DNA of 64,000 bases from NCBI GenBank assembly GCA_051294375.1, contig CM119271.1:12510373-12574372 (forward strand), in the 5' to 3' direction. Position 1 is the first letter of the stretch, and each line of letters starts with the position of its first letter. This stretch comes from Paraspadella gotoi. Its lineage: Eukaryota; Animalia; Chaetognatha. The notes below the pieces were generated by a model. It worked only from the letters and a program-made list of their open reading frames with translations, did not search any database and was not told the DNA's origin. Positions 24,894 through 35,631 of the stretch are shown here, piece after piece. Made by a program: the position numbers and the translations under genes.

Positions 24894-26270
24894 TCACAAT
24901 TTAATTGTGTCTTTTGTATGAATTTGGAGATGGCGCTTTACACTTATAAGTCGTAAGAATGGTTTCTGACAAATATCGCATTGAAATGGTTTCTCTTTCG
25001 TGTGGGTTAAAAGATGCCCCTCGAGTGCTTGTTTAACGGTAAAAGACCTTTGACAAATTTCACATTTAAACGATTTCTCTCTTGTATGAGTTCGTATATG
25101 AACTTTAAGATTTCCATTAATTGAAAAACATTTTTCACAATACTCGCATTTGTATGGCTTCTCTTTTGTATGCGAGCGAAGATGTCGATTCAAATCCAAA
25201 GTAGAGAAAAAACTTTTTTGACAAACTTGACATTTGTGTGATTTATCTTTCGTATGAATTTGATAATGTCCTTCAAGATTGGCCCGTTCTGAAAAACTCT
25301 TTTGACAAATTTCACATTGATATGGTTTTTCTTTGTTATGGGTTCGAATATGCTGTTTTAAACTTCCAATCGTTGAAAAGCTTTTCGGACAATTTTCACA
25401 TTTGTGCGACTTTTCTTTCGAATGAGTTCGTTGATGATTTCGAAGTAATCCTTTCGTTAAAAAGGATTTCTCACATATTTGACACTTGTGTGGTTTATCA
25501 TTTGTGTGAGTTAGAATATGCAATTTTAGAGAACTTTTACTCGAAACACACTTTTGACAAATTTCGCATTTAAATTGTTTTTCGTTTGTATGCGAAAGTT
25601 GATGGATTCTCAACATTTTAACATTCACAAAGCATTTCTGACAGAGTTCACATCTGACTGGTTTTTCCGTTGTATGAGTTAATAGATGGGTGTTCATCCC
25701 ACATTTAGTCGAAAAGCTCTTGTGGCAAATTTCACAGCTGTGTTTTTTCTCCTTGGTATGAGTCAAAATGTGGCGTTGTAGTTTACTTTTGAATAAAAAG
25801 CATTTTAGACAAGTTCCACATTCATGTGTTTTATCTTCTGTATGAATTTTAAGATGACATTTTAATAATGGTTTTGTGGAAAAATACTTGTGACAAATTT
25901 CACATTGATGTAATTTTTCTTTTGAATGAGTTCGAACATGCTGGTACAAATTGCTAGACATGGAAAAGCTTTTCTCACATATCTCACACTTATATGGTTT
26001 TTCTTTTGTATGGAATCGTAGGTGCAGTTTCAGATGCTCGGGTCTTTTAAAACATTTGAGACAAAGTTCACATTTATGCGGTTTATAATCCGAATGAATT
26101 TTAAGATGCTGTCGAAGAACATCCCTTTTAGCAAACCTTTTCTGACAAATGTCACACTGAAACTTTTTCTCTGTGTCATTTGCCAGTTTTGATTCGCAGT
26201 TGCCTTTTAAATTATTAAGATTTTGTTTTACTTGAAGATGATCAGCGTTTTTTCCACTTGTGGTCGACAT
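24894..26270 (-). CDS. Tandem C2H2 zinc-finger protein, 458 aa, 15 fingers
   Basis: Uninterrupted ORF of CxxC..F.....L..H...H repeats with TKEKP-type linkers. ATG start with an in-frame upstream stop. Confidence 0.93.
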   Translation of the reverse strand: MSTTSGKNADHLQVKQNLNNLKGNCESKLANDTEKKFQCDICQKRFAKRDVLRQHLKIHSDYKPHKCELCLKCFKRPEHLKLHLRFHTKEKPYKCEICEKSFSMSSNLYQHVRTHSKEKLHQCEICHKYFSTKPLLKCHLKIHTEDKTHECGTCLKCFLFKSKLQRHILTHTKEKKHSCEICHKSFSTKCGMNTHLLTHTTEKPVRCELCQKCFVNVKMLRIHQLSHTNEKQFKCEICQKCVSSKSSLKLHILTHTNDKPHKCQICEKSFLTKGLLRNHQRTHSKEKSHKCENCPKSFSTIGSLKQHIRTHNKEKPYQCEICQKSFSERANLEGHYQIHTKDKSHKCQVCQKSFFSTLDLNRHLRSHTKEKPYKCEYCEKCFSINGNLKVHIRTHTREKSFKCEICQRSFTVKQALEGHLLTHTKEKPFQCDICQKPFLRLISVKRHLQIHTKDTIKL

Positions 26271-27079
26271 TTTAAGCTTCGCCGATTTTCAGTCGATTCA
26301 CGAAATAAATTCGCGTCGTGAAAAAAAAACTATAAAGTTTATATTAACTATTAAGGTTTTCTCTTTAATATTTAGTCGCTTTGTTTTTTTCTGTACTTTC
26401 TTTTTATGTATAAATTGTTTACGTTTCTTCGTAAAAAAAAATTTGCGTGCAAAACAAAAAAAATTCCAGCATTAAATTTTTTTTTTCGACGCTAAAATGA
26501 AGGAGCCTCGATTTGACGACGACGACGACGAAGACGAAGAAAACAAAAGGACGACGACGACGAAGACGACGATCGCCGTGGTTCCCATTGTCGTCTTCAT
26601 TATCGTCTTAGTTTTGACCAAAGAATTGTTGAAAGCGAAATGGAATTTTCTATGGACTCGGGTAAGATCGAAGCCCGCGTGGAAAAGACACCGTTGGAGG
26701 ACATTGATAAAATAACGATTTTTAACCTCAATAATAAACAATGACTTAGGTTTAGAAACCCTATGTATATATATATATATATAAATAAATAATAAAATAA
26801 ATAAATAAATAAATAAAACTATAAACAGATATAAATTAATATGAGAAATTGACATAATGATTTTGTTATTGAATAAAGAAAATTTGAGAAAAATGATGAA
26901 GATTTAAAAACTCTTGACTCCTGATGAACAAAAATTGAAAACTGTATGTAAATAGAAAAAAAAACGAAGTGACACAGTTGTCAGACAATATTTTTTTTTA
27001 AAAAGTGGAGAAACTATTTATTTTACAAGAGTGGAGCTATGAAATCGCAAAATCACTTGGTTTATTCATAGTTTAAAAT

Positions 27080-27700
27080 AAAAATTTTACATTTTTGTGA
27101 TTCTTCTTTGGAATGAGTTAAAGTACGAATCTTAAGATAGGCTTTCACAAATCTCACATTTGTGAGGTTTTTGTTTAGAGTGAGTTTCAATATGCTTTTT
27201 CAGATTTCGTTTACATGAAAAGCATTTCTGACACGTTTCACATTTATGTGGCTTCTCTTTTGTATGCATTCGAATAATACTTTCCAGAAGATAATCTCTT
27301 GAAAAGAATTTTTGAAAAAATTTCTTATTTGTATGGCTTTTCTTTTGTATGTGTTTGCAGATTTACCTTTTGTGAAAAACTTTTCTGATAAATTTCATAA
27401 ATAAATATATTCTCTTTTGTATGAGTTAGAAAGAATGTTTTCAGAGCACTTTTATCATAAAGTATATCAGGCAAGTCTTACACTTGTATGATTTTTCATG
27501 AGTATGAGTTAGTTTATGATTTTTAAAACTACATATTACATATTTCACATTTATGTAATTTTTGATAATAAAAAAAAATGGTTTTCATATCAATTTTTCT
27601 TCAAGAATACCTTAGACAAATTTTGATTTTTTTTAATGTTTTTCCTATTGCATGAGTTTTCAAATGCTGCTTTTACATGCAAAGCTTTTAAGAAGAGTTT
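27080..27700 (-). pseudogene. Decayed C2H2 finger repeats downstream of the ZNF stop at 27702
   Basis: Minus-strand remnants such as RMHTKEKPHKCETCQKCFSCKRNLKKHIETHSKQKPHKCEIC (~27150-27275), interrupted by stops and frameshifts. Confidence 0.8.
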
Positions 27701-27701
27701 C

Positions 27702-29462
27702 TCAAGAATATGATTTCTCTTTGGTATGGGTTTGAAAATGAAGTTTTAATTCTGTACTTTGAGAAAAACATCTATGACATATTTGACATTGGTATGGTTT
27801 CTCTTTTGTATGTGTTAGTAAATGCCTTTTTAGGCTTTCATGCCAAGAAAATGGCTTATTGCAAGTTTGACATTGGTATGGTTTCTCCTTTGAATGAGTT
27901 CGAAGATGTAGTTTTAAACCTGTTCTTGTTGAATAGCATTTTTGACAATGCTCACATTTATATGGTTTTTCGTTCGTGTGAGTTAGATTATGCCGTTCTA
28001 ACTGGCGTTTACATTTGAAATCTCTATGACACATCTCACACTTGTATGGTCTCTCGTTTGTATGTGTTAGAAAATGACCTTTAAGATGATGATCCCGTGA
28101 AAACGATTTTTGACAAATTTCACATTTGTATGGTTTTTCTTTTGTATGAGTTCTGAGATGTGTTTGCATATTTCCTAATTGCGAAAAACCTCTTTGGCAA
28201 ACTTCGCATTTATAGGGTTTTTCTTTTGTATGAGTAAGAAGATGCTTTCTCAGACTGCAGTGCGTTGAAAGATATTTTTTACAAGTTTCACATTTGTGTT
28301 TTCTGGTTCCATGTGTTTTAATATGCTCTCTTAGTGATTGTGGTGTTAAAAAGATTTTTTGACAATTTTCACACATATAAGCTTTTTCTTTATTATGAAT
28401 TTGTACATGAATTGTCAGAGATTGTGATATTGAAAAGCTCTTAGAACAATCATTACATTTATATGGTTTTTCGTTTGTATGAGTTCTGAGATGTTTTTTC
28501 AAACTGCTTTTAGCTAAAAAACATCTTTGACAAATATCACACTTGTGTAACTTCTCTTTTGAATGTGTTGGAAGATGCACCTTTAAATCTTGATTGCGCA
28601 AAAAGCTTTTTTTACAAATTTCACATTTATATGTCTTTTCTTTTGAGTGACACAGAAGATGGCTTTTAAGAGAACTTTTTTTGGAAAATTTTTTGGGACA
28701 AATTGGACAAAAATGCGGTTTCTCTATTGTATGAGTTAAAAGATGCAGTTTTAAAGTTTGCTTTAATAAAAAACTTCTTTGACAAATTTGACAAAAATGC
28801 GGTTTCTCTTTTAAATGAGTTAGAAGATGCAGTTTTAAAGTTTGCCTAAATGAAAAACTTTTTGGACAAATTTTACACATGTGTGGTTTTGCTTCAGTTT
28901 GATATTGATGTATTTTTAGGTTTTCAGTGAGAGAAAAACCTTTTTGACAAAGTTTTTTATTTGAATGAGTTACAAGATGAGTTTTAAGAGCGTGTTTCCT
29001 TGCAAAGCACTTATGACAAGTTTCACATTCATATGGTTTTTCATCTGTATGAGTGACAAGATGAGTTTTAAAACTGCTTTTCGTTCCAAAGCACCTATGA
29101 CAAGTTTCACATTCATATGGTTTTTCATCTAAATGAGTGACAAGATGAGTTTTAAATACGTCTTTCCTTGCAAAGCACTTATGACAAGTTTCACATTCAT
29201 ATGGTTTTTCATCTGAATGAGTGCCAAGATGAGTTTTAAGAGCGTCTTTCCTTGCAAAGCACTTATGACAAGTTTCACATTCATATGGTTTTTCATCTGA
29301 ATGCGTGACAAGATGAGAGTGAAGATTGCTTTTCGTTGCAAAGCACTTATGACAAGTTTCACATTCATATGGTTTTTCTTTTGTATGAGTTCGAATATGT
29401 ATTGTTAAAAGACTTTTTGTTGAAAAAGCCAACAGGCAAAATTCACATTTGTGTTTTTTCAT
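27702..29462 (-). CDS. Tandem C2H2 zinc-finger protein, ~586 aa from first ATG, 20 intact fingers plus one broken finger
   Basis: The ORF track starts at a TTG (29504). The first ATG is at 29462 (MKKHKCEFC). Five near-identical YECETCH fingers lie near the N-terminus. Confidence 0.92.
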   Translation of the reverse strand: MKKHKCEFCLLAFSTKSLLTIHIRTHTKEKPYECETCHKCFATKSNLHSHLVTHSDEKPYECETCHKCFARKDALKTHLGTHSDEKPYECETCHKCFARKDVFKTHLVTHLDEKPYECETCHRCFGTKSSFKTHLVTHTDEKPYECETCHKCFARKHALKTHLVTHSNKKLCQKGFSLTENLKIHQYQTEAKPHMCKICPKSFSFRQTLKLHLLTHLKEKPHFCQICQRSFLLKQTLKLHLLTHTIEKPHFCPICPKKFSKKSSLKSHLLCHSKEKTYKCEICKKSFLRNQDLKVHLPTHSKEKLHKCDICQRCFLAKSSLKKHLRTHTNEKPYKCNDCSKSFSISQSLTIHVQIHNKEKAYMCENCQKIFLTPQSLREHIKTHGTRKHKCETCKKYLSTHCSLRKHLLTHTKEKPYKCEVCQRGFSQLGNMQTHLRTHTKEKPYKCEICQKSFSRDHHLKGHFLTHTNERPYKCEMCHRDFKCKRQLERHNLTHTNEKPYKCEHCQKCYSTRTGLKLHLRTHSKEKPYQCQTCNKPFSWHESLKRHLLTHTKEKPYQCQICHRCFSQSTELKLHFQTHTKEKSYS

Positions 29463-29782
29463 TCTTCCACAAATTTTAATTTTATTTCGTGAATTTTCTG
29501 TCAATAAAAGTTAATTTTCTTTCGGATGTTTTTCTAAAATTTTGGTTTTTATAGGTTCATCGTGACATTTATTGCTGTGTTGATTTTGCTGATTTTTCAC
29601 AAGTTTAGACTATGAATATTTTTTTGGCAATGATCCGTGAAGGATTTTATTTTTTCAGTTGTCGCGATTTTTAAATTTCGGTGAAAACAAAATTTTGGTT
29701 CTTCTTTTAAAACATTTTTTTCTGTCCGAGTAAAGATAGACGAAGCTGTTTTTGTGATTTAGGATCCGGACGCGTTTGTTTC

Positions 29783-29813
<31 letters not shown>

Positions 29814-30979
29814 AGCGATTTAAACGTCGGTCTATGTTCGGACAAACAAAGGAATGTCAAGATATCATCTCAGAACTAACAAGATCGTAAAAGCAAAAAA
29901 AAGATTCAAGAGACAAAAACCGTCTCTCTTTCTCGCTTGACAGAATCGTCGTCGCGTGATTGGTTGGAATCAACCAATCAGCTTCCAAGAAGATGAAAAC
30001 AATGGTTCCATAGACGTCTCGCGATCACTAATTTGATATCAAGATCCAATATATAGTTTTGTGAAAAGAATATAAGAGGCCGAAATAAATGTTATATATT
30101 AAAACTTTTTTAAATAACTTTTTCCGTCTTTTCAATTTTCGCCTTCGTCTTAACTTTCGTCGTCGTCTTCGTCTCTCCATCTTCTTCGACAACAACAAAA
30201 AAAAAGGAAAGTTCACATGCGATCGAAACAAGCGGGGTCTATTGTATCTTAACTTATAAATTAACGCAGCTTTTCAACGAGTCGCGTCCTGCGGCTGCTC
30301 TTCCCGCGGCTCTTGCTGCTCTGTTGATGCTCTGCTTCTGCTGCTGTTTCTGCTACAATTTCTCCTTTTCCTCTTCCTCAAGATCTGAAAACGCTAGATT
30401 TAACTGACGAAACCTTTTTCCGTAACGCTTTTTGTTATTTCTAACTTTCTTTTTCAAAGTAATGTATATGTAAAGAGACCACAAAAATGATATTTGAAAA
30501 TAATTTATAGAAATATTTATTCTTCATTCGTAAAGATTGATACATAATAACATAAAATGAGATGCTATGAAACAAACTAAAAATACATTAATTAAAAAAA
30601 ACCCAATAAAATCTGGACAGTCGTCTAATTGGACAAAAAATAATTGATTACGGTTTCGGCTGAACGAGTGAAAGAGACACATTTTTAAATATAGTCTAAA
30701 TATTCTGATTCTAAAAAGTAGTAATAAACATTACATGATTTCAGAAAAGATTAATAAATTCAAACAGAAAACATCATTTCGGCGAATTCAAAACGAAGTT
30801 CATTCGAAATTTGACTTCCGATTTCATTTTCTTACGACTTTATTTTATCTTACATACAAGATTAGTTCGATTAAACAAACAAAACCGTCACGAAAGAGTT
30901 TTTTTCCACATTAGCTTTAAAATGCTTTTTTTTGTACAATTTTAGGTTATTATTGTGACAATTTTGCTTTCATAAATTT

Positions 30980-31450
30980 TTCACGGTGTGACAAGATGTT
31001 TTTTTAGACTTAATTTCACTGAAAATGACGCTTGACGTATTTAAAATTTGTATAGTTTATACGAAATTGAATATGCCTTTTAACATATGCTTTTGATGAA
31101 AAGAACTTATTACAAATATCACATTTTATGGGTTTATCTTTGACAGGAGTTAAAAGATGTTTTTTCATACTACACTTGTCTGACAATAAAGTCTGACAAA
31201 TATCACATTGATATGCATTTTCTCTTCACATTTGTATAGTATCTCCATACGTATGAGTTTTTATATGTATTTCAGGAATCCAATTATTTCTCACAAGTTT
31301 GACATTTGTGAGTTCTCCTTTGTATGAGTTTTAAGATGAAGTTTCAGACTTTGTTGACTTAAAACGCATTTCTTACAAACACATGTATATTGTTTTTCAT
31401 TTGTATGAATTTGAAGTTGAGATGTTAGATGGTGAGTAAGTCTAAACCTT
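30980..31450 (-). pseudogene. Decayed C2H2 finger repeats downstream of the ZNF stop at 31452
   Basis: Plus-strand signatures of fingers (cacattt, gtatgagtt, aagatg) continue, with stops and frameshifts. Confidence 0.7.
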
Positions 31451-31451
31451 T

Positions 31452-32579
31452 TCAGACATATGTCACATTTGTGTTGTTTTTAGTATGAGTGAGATGATGA
31501 GCTTTAAGATAGCGTTTGTATGAAAAGCACTTTTGGCAAATTTCACATTTGTATGGCTTTTCTTTCGTGCGAATAAGTTGATGCACAGTAAGGTACCATT
31601 TGTATAAAAATGTATGAGTGAGTAGATGATTTTTAACGTAACTTTTTTTTGAAAAACACTTATTACAAATTTCACATTTGTGAGTTTTTTCCTTTGAGTG
31701 AATCTGCAGATGTTCATTCAAATATATTTTGGATGAGAAACATTTTTGACACTTTTCACATTCATATGGTTTCTCTATTGTATGTGTTAATAGATGTATT
31801 TTCAGACCTCCATGCCATAAAAAGGACTTATCACAAATTTTGCATTTATATGATTTCTCCTCCAAATGAATTCGAAGATGTAGTTTTAATCCTGCACTTG
31901 TTGCGTAGCATTTCTGACAATGCTCACATTTATATGGTTTTTCTTTCGTGTGCGTAAGATGATGCCGTTCCAAACCGTGTTTAAACGTGAAAGCTCTCTG
32001 ACACACCTCACACTTGTATGGTTTCTCCTTTGTATGTGTTCGAAGATGACCTTTCAGATTATGATTCCTTGAAAAGAATTTTTGACAAAATTCACATTTG
32101 TATGGTTTTACGTTAGTATGAGTTTTGAGATGTCGTTGCATATTTACTTTTAGTGAAAAAGCTCTTTGGCAAATTTCGCATTTATATGGTTTTTCTTTTT
32201 TATGAGTTAGAAGATGAGCTTGTAGATTTCTCGTCCTTGAAAAAAGTTTTTGACATATTTCACATTTGTGTTGTTTTATTGTTTTTTTCTTTGTACGAGT
32301 TTCATACTTGCACGATGCGTTTTCCTCGTGATTTGGTGGTTTTAAATTTTCTTCCAGTACATTTTCTACAGAATCATTATTTGTGTAATTTTCCTCCTTT
32401 TTTATTTTCTGCGGATTTTCTTTTTTTTCGGTCGCTAATTGTAAATTTTGCCGAGAGTCTTGGCCTTCGTATTCTTGGCCTTCGTATTCTTGGCCTTCGT
32501 TTTCGTTTGACGCGATGTTACCTTCTGAACAAAGTTCTCGATTATTCGTGAATGTTTTTAATTCTTCTCTTAGCGCCAT
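31452..32579 (-). CDS. C2H2 zinc-finger protein, 375 aa, acidic ~100-aa N-terminus (EGQEY repeats) plus 9 intact fingers and one broken finger
   Basis: ORF with [14 protein letters not shown] repeats. Confidence 0.92.
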   Translation of the reverse strand: MALREELKTFTNNRELCSEGNIASNENEGQEYEGQEYEGQDSRQNLQLATEKKENPQKIKKEENYTNNDSVENVLEENLKPPNHEENASCKYETRTKKKTIKQHKCEICQKLFSRTRNLQAHLLTHKKEKPYKCEICQRAFSLKVNMQRHLKTHTNVKPYKCEFCQKFFSRNHNLKGHLRTHTKEKPYKCEVCQRAFTFKHGLERHHLTHTKEKPYKCEHCQKCYATSAGLKLHLRIHLEEKSYKCKICDKSFLWHGGLKIHLLTHTIEKPYECEKCQKCFSSKIYLNEHLQIHSKEKTHKCEICNKCFSKKSYVKNHLLTHTFLYKWYLTVHQLIRTKEKPYKCEICQKCFSYKRYLKAHHLTHTKNNTNVTYV

Positions 32580-33224
32580 TTCGTTTTAATATTTTAACAA
32601 TTTTGAGTAATTTTTTTTCCCCTTTATTTTTTGTGACAACAAAAATTCGGACTGATTATAAATCCTGATGGACGAGACGAAGAGACGACGACAACGACGA
32701 CAACAATGACTTTGTTTGGACAAAAGAAATCTCAAGATATCTTGACTGGTCACTTCCTCGACTTGATAGAATCGCAATCTATTACTTGACCATTTGGTAC
32801 ATATACTGAATTGGTGGTGGCGAGCGACGCCGTAGCGAAAGTCGGCTCAATGTCTGGGAATGCGACATCTTGGTTCAAGTTTCCCGAATTCGCGATCGAG
32901 ACTCGCGTCGTCGAATAATTTGAAGAAGAGGGGAAAAAGGTTTGGCCGAGGCTATCTGAGTTCGTTTGTTTAAGGTTGGAATTTTTATTGGTAGAATCTT
33001 TAGTTGCATCGTGGGAAGGCTACGACGTACGTTGTTACGTCAGTTATTTTATATATTTTATAAATTTTTATAAACTGGACCGTTTTTAATTCCTCGTCTG
33101 CATTTAATGTAAATAAACATTTAAAAGATACATTGAATTGTCAATCGTCTTTTACAGAAGTCGACCAAACAAACCATAAGTCCAAGGCAAATGAAACAGT
33201 GTGAGGGATAAAATTGCTACAACC

Positions 33225-33306
33225 AATATAAAAATTATCCATTCATTTAATAAATAAGCTATCTTGACCCTGACTTTGGACAGGCTTTGGTGGTTTAAGG
33301 GTTTAA
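33225..33306 (+). mobile_element. Dispersed repeat terminus ..CCCTGACTTTGGACAGGCTTGGTGGTTTAAGGG; copies at ~3195-3252, ~13222-13252, ~58600-58675 and reverse-complement ~61370-61445
   Basis: The same 35-85 bp string occurs at three unrelated loci. The end (GGG followed by a TTAA-like site) resembles a piggyBac-type terminus, which is inference. Confidence 0.55.
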
Positions 33307-33370
33307 TTTTTTTTATTAGGTTTTTATTTAAAATTTTGTAAAAAAAAATTTAAGATAAATTTTTTTTTCT

Positions 33371-33410
<40 letters not shown>

Positions 33411-33610
33411 TCGCGTCCTCAAAATAAAAACAAAGAGAAAGAAAAAAGTCTGATTCACCGTGAATCGAAATAAGTGGCGCCCATTGTATCTCTGCCCGGA
33501 AAATCCGAAAGTCTTTACAGTGAGGGAAGTTTATCTGGGACAAAAAAAAAGTTCAAGGGCGAAAAAAATTAAACATACAATAGGAGACGCAAATTTAAGG
33601 GATAATTATA

Positions 33611-33658
<48 letters not shown>

Positions 33659-34468
33659 ATTCGATTAAATTTAAGCAAAAAAAGGAAACTTTAATAAAAA
33701 TAAAAATGGCATCATCATGATTAAAAAATCGAAAACAAATTAAAATGGAATAATATTGTACAGATCAAAATGGGAAAAAAATAAGATAAAAATTGAAGAA
33801 TCTAAAGGCGGATTTCTATTTGAAAAAAAGAAAACATTTGAGCAGAAGAAAAAAATTCGATTTAAAAAATTAAACAAACAAAAAAATTGGGAAAAAAAAT
33901 AAGATTTTTTTCTTTCAGTTTGACTCTTGAAACACTTTTTCCTGCCAGAGGCTCAGAGCTACACCATTCCTCTCTCTCTCTCTTCTGCTGTCTCTGCTCT
34001 CTCTCTCTCTCCTCTCCCCCCTCTTTCTTCTCCTCAGTTCTTTCCGGCTCATCTCCCTCCCTCTCTCTTCCCTCTCTTTCCCGCCTCTCTCTGCCCGCTC
34101 TCTCATCTCCTCTCCTCACTCTCTCTCCCTGTCTACTCTCCCCTCTCTGCCCTCCGCTCTTCATCTCGTCTCTCACCCCTACCTCTCTCTCTCACTTCCT
34201 CTCTCTCTCTCCCCTCTCTTCGCCCCCTCTCTCCCCTCTCTCTCTCTCCCACTGCCCTCGGCATCTCTTACTTCCCTGCCCGCGCACTTCTTTCACATTT
34301 GCAACAAACGCTCACGGCAATCGGCGTCTTGATGAGCCCATTGAATCCCATCTGCGGCCACAGAACCCAAAGAACTCAGAATTCGTAACGAAGATGTCAC
34401 TGCCAAGCGGTTACGAACAAAGTTTCTAACAGTTGACAGTGGAAGGAGTTGGCGATCTTCCCCCTTCC

Positions 34469-34510
<42 letters not shown>

Positions 34511-35384
34511 CTTTTCCTCATGCGTAAGAAGTTAATCAGGGAAACTAAAGCCTAACGCCTCAGATAAACAAAAGAACTGAAATAAAGTGGGAAGACGACG
34601 ACGACGACGACGACGACGACGAGGACGAAAACAACATCAAATACATGAAAATTGCCAAAAATTAACTGTGAAGTTGACAGACATTCGGACAATCGGACAT
34701 CCAGCCAGCTCGAAATGTAAGCAATGATGTAAACAATGACATATAACGTAAATAAAAAATAAAGAAAGAAAGAAATAAAAAAAAGAAATAAATAAAGAAA
34801 GAAAGAAGGAAAGAAAGAGAAAGATGTCTTGGAGCTTAAAAGTCAGTGGAGGTGGGGTAAACAAAAGACGGTCGCAATCATCGCCGGCAGAGGCGCTGAA
34901 GACGACGACGACGACGATGAAGAAGAAAAGGACAAAGACGAAGACATCAGCACAACTTCTAGAATAGTGAGAAGGCCTTCGTCGTCGTCGTCGTCGTTGT
35001 TGTTGTTATTGTTGTTATTTCAATCCATCTATTTTCATACTCTCTATTCATGCTTTTCCACACTTTTTTTCCCTCTTTTCCATACTTCCTCTCTCTCTCT
35101 CCTCTCTCCTCTCTCTCTCCTCTCTCCTCTCTCTCTCTCTCTCTCTCTNNNNNNNNNNNNNNNNNNNNNNNNNCCTGGAGTTTTTTTTTTTTGTAGGAAG
35201 AGAAGACCTGAGTAGAGGAGCCAGGCACTATCGGAGTGAGAGAGGACGGTGAGAGGAGAGAGAGAGGAGACGAGAGAGCGACGAGAAGGGAGAGAGAGAG
35301 AGGAGAGAGAAGAGACAGAGAGAGAGAAAGATAGTGGGGGGTCTGAATCGTGGCACTCTATTGGCAAAGCGCGCCGTGAGATGT

Positions 35385-35423
<39 letters not shown>

Positions 35424-35586
35424 GATCCCAAAGCCAAAAGCGCTGGCGGGGTTTGGGTAAGTTAGCTCTAAGTCCTCTGGCGCATTGACGCGGGTCCTGG
35501 AGTCGGGAAAAACATTTTTGTTGAATTTTTGTCATTGTTGTTGAGTTACTTTGTCATTGGGGCCATCTTGTTGTCTCTGTCATCAA

Positions 35587-35631
<45 letters not shown>

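Noticed and set aside
25238-32551. Plus-strand ORFs antisense to the ZNF genes
   Set aside because: Shadow frames of the repetitive finger codons.
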